The notes under the pieces are model-generated. The model was not told where the DNA came from and made no database searches. It worked only from the letters and a program-made list of their open reading frames with translations. A stretch of DNA of 64,000 nt from Raillietiella orientalis (taxonomy: Eukaryota): positions 2,108,001 to 2,172,000 of the forward strand of contig JAYWIR010000011.1 of assembly GCA_036172245.1 (NCBI GenBank). The letters are read 5' to 3'. The translations under genes were made by a program, and so were the position numbers. This document shows positions 1 through 12,100 of the stretch, piece by piece; the stretch's first letter is position 1, and each line of letters opens with the position of its first letter.

Positions 1-89
1 GCGGCCCCTCCTCCTCTTCCTCCCCGAGGTCCCGCGCGGAGTCCATCCCCGTGAGGGAAAAACTCCCCGCGAGATGCCCCTCTTCCTCC

Positions 90-836
90 TCATGACAGCA
101 CCAGCTGCCCTCTGCGCCCGTCGGCGTCCGGTGCTGTGAGCAGTGTACGCGCCAGTGTAGGTTCCTGGAAGGCTTCTGCTACCCTAGGAGGAAGAGAAGG
201 AGGAGAAGATCAGGAAGGAAGAAAGACAGAGGAGCAGGAAAAGGCAAGGAAGGACAGGCAGCGAAAGGACAAAAAGAGAAACAACGAGAGAGAGAGAGGA
301 GGAGGAAAACAAAACAAAAGTGACTCCCTCGGGAGTCTGCGAGTCCAGATGGCGCCCCTACCGCCGGAAGGAAAAGCAGGGCGCGGAGACACGGAAGGGG
401 GCGCGGCGCCACTTGGGTTCCTCGAAAGCGGCCGCGGTGCTTTGGGGAGCTGCTTTGGGGCGACGAGGAGCGCGCATCCGGCGGAGGCGTCGGGTTTCTC
501 GCGGGCGACCGGGAAGAGACGCGGTGGAAGAGGAAGCCGGGAGCAGATGCAGCCGTCTCTCCAGGAAGAGAGAGGGTGGGAAGGAGGAGGAGACCGGGGA
601 CTAAGGCGGCGACGATCCCCGCGTAGCGGAGACGTACGTCCAGGTGTCCGGCGGCGGGGAGGAGGACGCAGGGAACGGAGGCTGCCTGAAGCTGAAGAAC
701 TCCCTGCGCTTCGCTGGCAGGATCCCGCCCTCGGGCATCATCCTCACCGCCGTCCCCAGCTTCTTCTCCCTGTGCTCCGTCATAGTGAAACACCTCAGGT
801 ATATGTCGGCCGCCCCAGCTGGCGACCTACCGCTTC
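90..836 (-). CDS. Tentative two-exon fragment (836-638, 183-90) resembling the ankyrin UPA (spectrin-binding region) domain
   Basis: Strong third-position GC bias; YLRCFTMTEHREKKL and EFFSFRQ recall ankyrin LRCFCMTDDKVDKTL and FYSFKEN; donor gtacgt at 637-632; long polypyrimidine tract and AG at 185-184; in-frame TGA at 92-90. Confidence 0.3.
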
Positions 837-2979
837 CTGGGGATGTTCCTGCCCACCTTCGCCGCGGTCACCTGGATCAGGAAGAATGTCTTCCCGCTGT
901 GCCTCTGTCCGGCTCGGAAGGCTCTGCGGCCTCCGTCCGACCTCTTCCCGTGACTGTCGCTGTTTCCCGGATGACAAGGTCGCCGAGGACCCGTGCGCTC
1001 AAGCATGCCCGTCTCCCTCTCCCCCGTCCCCCCGGTCGGTGGCACTGCTATTTCGTGGACGTGCAGACACATACATGCAATCCTGGTGTGGCAAGCGATC
1101 AGGAGATAGCCAAGCGAGGCAGATGGAGAACGACAGCCGCGCTCCACTGACAATTTGCAAGGAGCAGAGGAGTGGCGGGGAAGGGAGGAACCTTCCCCCC
1201 CCCCCCCAGGAAGGCCTCGGTCAGCCACGTCCCATCCCAGGGTGTTCCTCGAATCGGCTCGCTCCATGGATTCCATGGCGCGAGCCGATTCGACATGGCA
1301 ACGAAGGGGGAGACGGAGAGGGATCCCCCAAGGTTGCGGGTGTGTGACTTATCAACCCCGGCTTCCCCTCCATCCCGCCCTTCCTGCCCTTTCCCCATTC
1401 CACGGCGAGGCAGCGTGCGGCGCCGCGGTAGGGCCGCGGTCCGAAAGAAGAGGCAGGCTTTTGTTCACCCGCGCCCAGAGCCGTCCAGTGTTCTCCCGGT
1501 CAGAACGAAAGATCACCGGACCAGGGACAAGGAAAGCCTCACCATATGCTCGCGAGCCAGCGGGCAGGCTGCCTGCACGCTCGCGGCATCGTTGGGTATG
1601 CATCGAGCCGGCCTCGATCTGTGGGCGAGTCAAGATAAGGGAGGGAAGGAGGAGCTGTCAGTCTGTAACCACCGCGCACCTTCGGTCAGTACCGGCGCCT
1701 TCCGCTGCCCTCCCCCCCTTCCCAAAGGACCGACGAGAGCTCCGGGAAGAAAGATGCGGCAAAGGAAGACGGGCAAGCCCCGCGGACTGGTTCTCTTCTT
1801 GTCCACTAGAGGGGAGCAGGAGCCGGTTCCAGTGTTGTATGGCGGTGGGCTAGTCGGTGGGTCCCGAGAAACGTCATGGAATCCTGCGGGAGCAGCGAGA
1901 CCCTTCGCACGCACGAGGTGCGTGCAGAAGACGGTGACGTCACAACACACGCTACGATCGGGGCGCGCGTCGGACACCTCTTTGGTCACCGGGTCATCGG
2001 TCAGGCGGTGCTTCTTCATCCATGGTTGTATTTACAGATGATGCCCTGCGTGTGGGGTTGGGGGGAGAGGAGGTCACGACCCATGACCAGGAAGTGCTCC
2101 ACTATCTTCTCTACCTTGCTGGAGGAGGGAGAGAAGGAGGTCACGACCTATAACCAGAGCATTCATGACCATCTTTTCCATCTGGCTGATTTCCTGCTGC
2201 GTCCGAGGCTGCAAGGGTTGTTCATCTCGACCGATGTGGGCCAGCAAGGAGAGGGATGGGATGGGAGGGATCGCTGGGGCGAAAGGGGTGAGACGCATCT
2301 CCCCCGGAGCGGGGGTGTATGCGGGAGCTCGCCCTTTCCTACCCGGCGCTCTCTACCGATCCCTCGGCGAGGGAGGAGGGTTCCTCGGGCACCCGAGCAT
2401 CCAGAAACGCCCTGGAGGGTGCTGTGGTGCTCTCTCGCTGGCAGCCGATCCCTCTCCACCTGCTTTGCTCCCTTCGTCCCGCCAGCGGCTTCAGCAGGAT
2501 AAGGGAGAGGGAAGAGGGACTTGCAGGGACGTCCAGTATTTCTGCTCTCCAGCCACCGACTACGGGGTCTTGGTCAGAGGGCGAAGGTGGGGAAAGGGGC
2601 AACCGATCCCGCGCGCGGAGATATCCCCCTGATCGTCGGTCATCGTAACACGGTGGCGAATGGATCGTCCAGCACACGAACTGACGACGCAATCGGCGCG
2701 TGGTCGTCAGGTCACGTGCCGGACGGGAGGCGTCCGCAGAAGACGCGCGGCAAGGAGTCTCGGGGTGGTACGGAGGGCGGCATCACCAGCGGCGCGTCCT
2801 CTCGACGCATCCGGAATAGTTTTCAACTAGCAATAATCGCGCCTCCCTTAAGTTCAGCGGAGGCGATACTGCCCGTGAGCAAGGTCTGCCTCATCCGGGG
2901 TGAGACGGGACGAGGACCGATTTCCCTCCCCCCCCTCCTCCTTTCCTCTCCTCCTCTTTTTCTTTCTTTCTCCTTTCAG

Positions 2980-3176
2980 CATTGATGCGCGGCACCTGCA
3001 GCCCGTCCACTGGGTTGACAGGAACGTCCTGGAGGAACGGGCGACAGCGTTCCTCTCACTGTCGCCAGTCATGAAGATTCGAGAGGTGCGCGAAGAGGAC
3101 GAAGGGTTCTACAGATGCCGCATCGACTGCAGGTCGTCGAAGACGAAGAACCGCGTGGTGCAGGTTGCGGTCGTAG
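2980..3176 (+). CDS. Side-family exon: C-terminal half of Ig1 (V-set)
   Basis: Polypyrimidine tract then tttcag|C; IDARHLQPVHWVDRNVLEERATAFLSLSPVMKIREVREEDEGFYRCRIDCRSSKTKNRVVQVAVV; donor G|gtaaga. Confidence 0.9.
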
Positions 3177-6100
3177 GTAAGAGCGACAGTCCCCTCTTCC
3201 CGACACCCCTCTCTTTCCCCTACCCCTTCCCTCCTTCACCTGCTGCTGCCTCGGAAAGCAGGCGGGAGAGGGGAAGATCCGTTCGTCTGGGAGAACGGGC
3301 CGGGCCACAGCTTCTTCCTCCCAGAGGCGTCGCCATGGAGACGGCGGAGGGGAGGCGCGTTCCCTGCCACAGGGACATTGTCCGTCATCACCACCGTTAG
3401 GCGGGTACCGCACCTTCTCGCTCGCGCGAAGACAAACCCTCGAACCCGGCGGACGGCCGCTCGCAGAGCACATGCTAACCAAATGCGGGCAAACCTTCAA
3501 AGCGCGCAGGCAACGCCCGTTTCCTAGGCGGCTCGAAAAAAGCACGTGATCCCGAGTTGTTGTTGTTTTGGCTTTCCTTTCTTTCCTTTTTTCTTGTTAC
3601 TTTCCACTGGGACTTTGGACAAACTGAATCCCGAAAGATCCGAGATGCTGAAGCAGCATGGAGATCCCCGTCTCGAAAAGAAGCGCGTCTGGGCTTTGGG
3701 AGATTGTTCCTTTCGTGCTTCCTGACTGGCAGGAAAAGGTCGTTCCGTTCCGAAAGCACGTGACCAGAAGTAGCATATCCACGGCGTCGACCGTAGCCAC
3801 ACTCCCGCTTTGTCAGTAGTATGGCTGCCGTCTCCGCGTGCGGCACCGGGCGTCACGTGGGTTCGAATCCCGCCCAGCTTTGATATCGAGAACATGGGGT
3901 GCATCGTGTGGGTTTCGAGTGCCCCCGCAGGATGGCGCTGGTTGGCCTATTCGGGTGTGGCACTGGTTGATACCTGGTCACGCCGGCGCGTGTATTTATA
4001 GAAAATAAACACACACGTCTGTGGCAGGGCGGTTGCTCCTGTCACGTGACTTATGAATACGAGGAGGAACCTGCCGGGAGATGGCATGCAGGTCAGCGGG
4101 GTTCGCATCTGCAGCACAGAGTAAGGGGAGACAATCAAAAAGGACAAGAAAAAAAATACAGTCAAAAAAATGGGTAAGAGAGGGGGTTCGGTAAGGGATC
4201 ACTGAGCGCTGGACGGCGTCCCCTGCATCCCCGTAAGGACGCCGGCAAGTTCCTGTTTCAAGACTCCCAGATGAGGCCATCTTGACGCTATCCTCACGAA
4301 GACGACAGCAAAATAGATGGCGTCCCTCTCGTCCTGACCTCCTCTGGCGTTGCTGCTCCATGCAGCCACGGTCCCGCCGCGTGGTCAGCAAAGTGCTACC
4401 GGGGATGCGGCCGGCGTGAGGGCGTCGCACAGGAAAAGGACCTTCAAAACGTCTCTGGCGTTGCCTCCAGGGGTTCCTAGGGTCGCGGCAAAGTGTTCTT
4501 AGAGGGGCCGGAGGGCAACGCAGTCCACTAGGAGGTGCGAGAGGGATTCCCGCTCTCTGCACCTTGCATAGTTCGTGTCCACCCCTGCCCCTTGTGTCCA
4601 GTGATGCCGGGAGGCGTTGCACTGGAGGCCCCAGTAAAGCAGCATCAGCGCCGACTCCTGCCACTTTAAAGGGATGGTGCGGGTGTTCCTGAGCACCAAA
4701 GGCCACTGTGGGTCTTCCTCCGGAATACCCGGTAGCACGTCCCAGAGAAAAAGTCCTCGTGGTGCGCCACTGGGGATCGCGGCGCCCGTAAGCTGGTCCG
4801 TCGTTTACTCGCCCAGTCGTTTCCTTTTTCTGGAGGTTTCCACAGTAACCTCCCATCTAGCCGTAAGGCGGCTGTCCGAGTGTTCCCTAAGGGAGGGCAG
4901 CACGGCGGCGACGGAGGTTCTGCTTGCCCACGCACTCTTTACGGGATCTTCCAGAATCTCCCGAAGCGTGCAGTTGTTGTTGCGTGCATACGGGTAACGT
5001 CGCACCCGTTCCACGCTTGGCTCCTGGATCCTCGACCTGCAGCACTGGTGGAGTCTGGAAACCCCCGGATGTCCCCGCGGGCTGGCTGGGATCGGAAGCT
5101 GAGCCTCCGAGGTCCCTTCCGGAAATCGAGGAACCTTCGGGTTCCCTCTGGTTCTAAAAATGGAAGTCCAGAGTCCATCTCGTTACCAAGGAGCTAGTGG
5201 ATAGGATAACTCCCCAGAGTGCAAGGACTTCAGGGAGGGAAAGCAAGGAGCGGCTCTCTTGAGGGTTGCCTATGGAGAAGAAAATGAGTGACACCACCGG
5301 GGTTCCCTTCGGGGTTCCCTCTCAAGTGTGAGAGGAATGGACTGCTTTCTCCGGAGCCCTTCCTGGATTCATAGGATGGTCCCCTCCAGGGGTGACCTCC
5401 TAACTTGAAGAGTCATACGCACCCCTGGGTGGCGTGGGCAGTGCTGAAGAGCTTCCTGAGTCCCCAGTCGAACGGTTGTTGAGTACTTGACGCCGGATGT
5501 TGATCCACAGCGAGTGCCACGCTCTTTGCGATCGTCGAACTGTCGCTCTCCCCCGTGCGAAGGGCACGCTGAAGCGGCTCGGAAGAAACACCGCTAATTC
5601 CCGTCCCTTCTGGTTCGGTAGCATTACGCAAACGGCTGTGATCCCCCTCCCTCCCCCCCTAAAAAAAAAAGGGGAGGGGAGGAGAGGGGGAGAAATGAAA
5701 GAAGGAACGGAAACGCGTGGGCTCCCCGCGACTGAGGAACAGCGGCGCGCTTCGCCTCTTCTCCCCGCCGCCAGAGGATCGGAGAGCGTTTCCAGGAGAC
5801 CGCCGAGCGGGAACGTCAGGCCGAACAGGCGTGGCGCCACTCTGCCACAGGCGCGGCGGCCGCCGGTCCAGAAAGGAACGCATTCTCCTGTTGGACGACC
5901 AGACGACTCCGCCCCGGTCCTGCGCGAAATGCAGGATGGTCGAAGAGCCAGGGTCCGCATCCCGCGCGTCGCTAGTCTCGCAGCGGATGGGTGAGCATCC
6001 GGGACTGGCCGGTATGCCGGAAGCGGTCGGCAGCGCATAGCACGACGAGGAGCTTCCTCGCGGAATCTCTCTGCCTGCAAGACCCTGCGTCATACGCTAA

Positions 6101-9100
6101 GGGTGCGTGGACTTTTGTCACTTCGGCACACGCGCCCGCTGGCAGGTCTGCGAGGATCACCACGTCGACCCGAACCCGTTTTGGAAGACTCGCGTCCACT
6201 CTGCGAGGGAATTTCGGAGAGCTAAAAGGAAGACTGAAGTGCTCCAAAGGAAACCACTGTCTTCTTTCTTTCTTTTTTTTTAAAAAAATCTGACGAAGAT
6301 CGGAGAGATCTTGGAAAACGGTCGTGCAAATGCGTTCTTGACGCGCCCACAAAGATGAAGTGTTCCACCGCGTCGAACTCCAAGCCTCCGCCGCCGCCTG
6401 GTAGTTCAACTGTGAATTCTTCGTAGAAACGGATGAGAACAGGCAACGGGAAATGACGCCCGATGAGGGCGAGAGCTGAAGCAGCGATCTCGGGGGAGCG
6501 CCCCAGGTAGTCATTTAGTTGGACCAGGTTTCGTGCGACCCATTCACATTCTTGAAATGCGTCCTCCTCTTTCCTGCCAGCCCCTGGCTGCTAAGAGGGC
6601 GAGGAATAGCAGGCTCGTTGTGGACAACGGCAGCAAAGAGGAAGGATAGAAGGTTTGGGTCTGCGAAGACGGGAATCCGCTTAAGGGAGGGAGAAAGGAG
6701 GAGGAGAGAGGGGGAGGGAACATCCATGGATCCGATCGCTTTGCTTATATCGAGGGGTGCAAACCACCGGTACAGCTGAAACTTTCCATTTCAGTACGAT
6801 GCCCGTGCTCTTGTACTTCGTCCTGCTTCCCACGCATGAGCACTGATGTGCGCTCCACGTGTCTTTGCGCAGTACGGATGAACGGATATCTCTAGGGCTG
6901 GGCCCAGCTGCTCAGCCTTCACGCGTGCTCTTGGAGAACCCCCGTCTGGTCTCCCCTTTCTGTGGAGAACGCGAATGGCAAAATCCACATGGCGGCAGAA
7001 GCATCGCGGGCGCAGGGGAGGGGGAGGCGGGGAAGTGCTGCGCCCGCAGGTCCAGGGATCGGAGGGACCGAACGAGGAACGGCGCTCGTGGAGTTGCTGC
7101 TCGTTTGACTGCCTTCCCTCAGCAGATCAGCGGGTGGACTGGTTCGTCCTCCTCGGTGCCACAGCCGCTCTTCAAGATGGCCCCAGGGAGGGTTCAGCAG
7201 ACGAGCGGTAGCTCTCCTACCGGAAAGATGGGCAATTCTCGGGAAACTTTCAAGAGGTTCTCGGCTGCAGGACGGAACAACACGACCGCTGCTCCAGGAG
7301 TGTTCTTGCAAATGCTGGGGAGAGTTTCGAGGGTGCCTCCGTCTCGTGGGAGAAGGGTTGAGAAGACTGCTTGCTTGCAGAGCTGCTTCTGGCGCTCGGT
7401 GTCCGCATCGGCTGGACCACCCGTCACTTGCCGATTGCCCACCGCGTACTTTGAACTTGGAGCGCTCTCGTCAGCTGGCTCTGCTTTTCAATACGTCAGG
7501 GTCATGCGAATTGTCCAGCTGTACTAGTAGCAATAATAACGCTTATTATGACTCCATAATTACAATCCCATTATCCTAATCATGACGATTCTTGACCATT
7601 GCTAATGTTTCCGCCGTGCTATGCCGGAGGCGCCACTCTGTTAAATAGCAAAGAGTGGCGTTTACCGTGCAGATCCGCACCACGAGGGGTGCAGCCACGT
7701 GGCCTCATGAACACGGGAGTGGTGTACGAGTTCGGATCATTGAAGGTCCTCTGGGAAGGGAAACACCAGCGAACGCGCTCGTGCTCGAACCTTCGAGCAC
7801 GTGAGCGTGCAGAGAGCCACCTAGCGAATGGCACACGTGTGTGTGTCTTCCAGTTCCTCCTCAGGAAGTGGAGATCAAGAGCTGCGACGGAAACGTGACG
7901 GGGACCACTGCCGGACCGTTTCTTCTCGGACAGGACCTCTGCCTGGTGTGCAGGAGCCGAAGAGGTACGCGGGACATCCTCCGCCAGTCCCTCCCCGCCG
8001 AAAGTCGCACGCTCCCCGAGACTTCCGGATAGTAAACGGTCCATCCCCGATCCAGGGAAACCCATCCCTCGCGTCACGTGGTGGAGATCCTCCAGCTTGC
8101 TGGATTCGACGTACGCCACTTCCCAGGAAGGATGGACGGAGAACAGGATCTCCATCAGGAACCTCACCAGGAACCACGATTCGAACGAGCTCACCTGCGA
8201 TGTCAGGAACAGCGATCTGGCTCCAGCACTGAGGCTGCACGCGAGAATCGCGATGCAACGTGAGTACCCAGGGACTTCGGCCTTGCCCGCCAGACGAGGC
8301 GAGAGGGCGGCGGCTGCGTTCGGCTCGGCGGAAGCCTCGCAGGGATCACCATCCCGCCCTGTTGAAACCACAGACGGTAGAAATATCCCTAGAGAGTGAT
8401 TTGTAGGGGATTCCAAGTGGGTTCCCAAAGGGAAAAAAGCATTCTTATCCTCCACCCAACATATTATCATGGGTATTATATTTTATTCCAATATATTTAA
8501 TTAAGTAGTGATTTGATTGAATATATACAGTGGCGCCTCCGTACTCGACAGTGTCGGAACTCGTCAAACTCGGTAGTACTCGTCGCATGTTGACGAGAAA
8601 ACAAATGTTTCGGCACTCGGCACTCATGTTCGGAACTCGACATTCCACTCGCGATGAAACCAAGTCAACGCTTCCGTCTCATGGTAGCCTACTAACAGTG
8701 CCAAACACTTCCACAGAGTGCCTTCCGAATCTTTCCTTTTTGTGTGTGCCTTCAGTGCGTTTTAAGCGGCAATCGTGGGTCCTAAAATGGTCAGGAATGG
8801 CACTACGAAGCCTAGAAAGGAACTCGTTCGGTACTCGTCTGTCTCGGGACTCGTCACGAGTTTCGGAACGCTTGCCGACGAGTACCGAGGTACGCCTGTA
8901 TTTATATTACATAATATCTACTAATGGCTTTTGCCGTAATAGAGTAAACCCCCGTATAATTCGGAGAATAGCCCCATGGCTACAGACGGATAACATGAAA
9001 GTATTACTAAAAGATATAAAATGTATCTTAAAAAGTTACAATAGTAGAATACTTCACCTTAAAACAAAAATAATAAATATGTTTATTTATTATTCAAATT

Positions 9101-12100
9101 GAAGTAAAAAAAAGAAAAAAGGTTTCTAGAGTCTTGCTGCTGTTTAATCAATGTGGACAGTTCTTCTCGCACCATACCGTTCGCAAAAATTCGAACAGGG
9201 CAGAATTCGACCTTCTCAGGTCACGTGTTCGCGTTCTTTCTGCAAACAGCTGAAGCGACCGGAAAACCGTACCACCGCAAAATTGAAATTTGCCCGCGTT
9301 GTACGAGTCCGGGTTATGAGAAGCAGGGGGGGCGTCCTGCTACACCCCTATGATCATCCTCCGCATACGAGTCGAGTGCCGCAAGGCAACAGAATCTGAT
9401 ACGTGGTATTCCGAATTCCATTTATTAAAAGTCTAAGATGAAACAGTTTGTGTTCAACATCTCTTGCCGTTCCCGCGACCTTTACGACGGAGATGACTGT
9501 CCGCGCACGCGCGGAACGTCGTGCATGCAGACGAGCACGTGAGGAAAGAGGTCAGGTCCGCAGATCCTCAGAGGCCATCAGCCGGCAGCTTTCCCTCCCG
9601 CGGCGCTCGATGACTGCCCGGAGATGTCTGGAAGCCAAAGAGGGCCTCTGGCGAAGGTGATGACCTTCCCGGTTGAAGAGCGTGCACGAAACTTCATCTG
9701 GAAAGAAACTCTCCGGGAAGGGAAACGCCAGCAGATAAACGCGCCCGAGCCCACGTGAGCGTGCAGAGAGCCACCAAGCGAATGGCACACGTGAGTGTGC
9801 GTCTTCCGCTTCCTCTTCAGGATGATCAAGAGGTTGCGACGGAAACGTGACGGAGGCCCCTGCCGGACCGTTTTCTTCTGGGACCCCTGAGTGGTGTGCA
9901 GGAGCCGAACTGAGGGACATCCTCCGCTGCCGGCTGCTCCTCCCCGCCGGAACTGACCACAACGCTCCGAGTGCAGAAAACCGCCATTCCAAGAGATGGA
10001 AAGGCTGCCGCTGGCGCTCCGTGTTCGCATCGACTGGACCGACTGCAGGTGGCCAATTGCCCACCTGCAGTCGCGGTTTTCTGCACTTGGATGGTCAGTA
10101 TATATATATATATATATATAAATAATCTACCTATATATATATATAGGTAGGTCGATTAATATACAAATGTATTTTAACATGCGAGCTTGTTAGCATTTAT
10201 TAGCATGCATGTTGTTAATATAATTAATAATATGTACTAATATATATAACATGTATATATATGAAAGGTCAGAGAGATAGATAAATATGTTTATGACATA
10301 TTACATCTGATTTTTTCACCATTTTTAATTTTCATCATTATTTTTTGTTTTTTATAGTTTGATATTTATTTATTCAATTAATACATGTTCATCATGTGTA
10401 TAAAGATATATAATGAATAAAAGCATTTATTTTTAATAATATTCGATGTACTAATATATTAATGCATATTATCGACTGCATTAACAGCATGTACGTTAAT
10501 AAATATCAATAAATATATGTCAAAATACTATTATTATTAATAATAAACATATTGAAATAAATTTGCATATCTTTATATACATATGTGTTATATGTATATA
10601 ATAAACAAATGCATTTATTTTTTGTGATCCCTCGGGATTTCGACGTTGGCGATTTTGAGCGGCACCGATCACACCACTTCCGGCCTTCGCGAGCGCCGTC
10701 TCACGCCGGCGGTCCGAAACAGAGGCGTGACGCCGGGAACGCGGCCGGTATCCAAGGAAACGTCGCTCGCCTGCTCCTTTGGCAGTCCACGGCAAAAGCA
10801 GGCACGCCTCTTCCATCGGTTGTTGGACTCCTGCATCCGAGTTCTGAAAAGCTCAACTCCCGTCTCGGAGTCCCGGAAGAGCATCTGCTCCTCGTCTCTT
10901 TCATTCCTCATCTGTCCGTTCCCGTTGGAATCGTCGCTTCGTGACGCCGCGGCCTTCCCCCTCGTTATGACAGAGGCGCCCGCGCTTCTGTTGCCGGATG
11001 GCCATTCGAACTGCCTCGCTGTCCTCTGCTGACCTACGAAGAAGGCTCTCTCCTCGCGTGTGCTCCCCAACAAAAGTTGCGGAAGCAGTTCCAAGGATAT
11101 CTGCCTTTCTTTGTAGCTGCTGCGTGGACCACTTCGTTCCGATTCTTCCGATTCGGACGTCCCTGCGGCAGAGCAAAAGGTGCCTTGAGGCAGGAGCGCG
11201 CGCGAGGGGTGGATTTCTGCCTCCCCTCCCCCTTCCTCATATAGCCCGGAGGCATCCTGTCTCTCGCCTCTTCAGCCCCCTCTCTCCTCTTCCTCGCGGC
11301 TGCAGAGAGCGAGGAAGAGCGGAGGAGGACGCGTTGCCGGCGGCGGGACGCAGCAACCCGTGTGCCCCGCAGAGGGGAGAGGGAAGCCCCCGCTGAAGAG
11401 GGAAGGGTCACAGATGTCAAGTAATTTCCTAGAGCTGCTGGGGCCTCGACGAGGCGCCCCCGTGGAGGACGAGACCTCTCTCCCCCCCCTCGCGCGGGCG
11501 GCGCTGACCCCATGGACGACGACGACTTTTCGTTCCCTCTCTTTCCCTCGTAGTGACCCCATTGTCCATCTCACTGGTCATCCCGGCGGGACCACTGGCA
11601 GCCGGCAAGGAGGTGAACGTGCGCTGCATCCTCTACGGCTCCCGACCCACGTCGAGGTTCAGCTGGTTCTTTGGAGGGAAGGCCATCCCCAGCTCCCAGG
11701 TCGGTGGTGTGCCCGTCCCCGGGGGGTGCAGGAGTCGACGACGACCCTCGGCGCGCGGGGGAAGGGACAGCCGCCTCAACGGTGTGCTTCCAGGTGAGAC
11801 CTCTGAAAGATGGCGCCTCCTCCTCCGTCCGGCTGGTGCTCTCGGAAGAGGACTCAGGGAAGGTGCTGACCTGCCGGGGCCACAACCCCCTCTTCCCCGA
11901 CGTGGGGCTGGAAGAGTCCTTCGCGACGGAGGTCTCCCGTGAGTGCAGGCGTGCGATTTCTCCTCCCTTCTCTCCCTTCCCTCCCTTCTCTCCCCCCCCA
12001 CCATTACCCCCATTTTCTCCCTAGGTCAGTCGCGCGCCCTCGTTTGCCCCCTTCCCTGAGGACCCTCGCGACGACCGGCTGATTGGTTGCCGCTGCGCGC

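Noticed and set aside
136..2041. Long overlapping ORFs (403, 232 and 289 aa)
   Set aside because: Arg/Gly/Pro-rich translations of GC-rich, low-complexity DNA, open in several frames and without domain motifs
8528..8898. CRISPR-like array (repeated cggaactcg/cggtactcg)
   Set aside because: Short irregular subterminal repeats within a TA-flanked TIR element; no regular spacers and no cas genes
10099..10668. AT-rich (TA)n block ending in a TIR-like motif (gggatttcgacgttggcgattttgagcggcaccg)
   Set aside because: Possibly a DNA-transposon end, but no partner TIR or TSD was found
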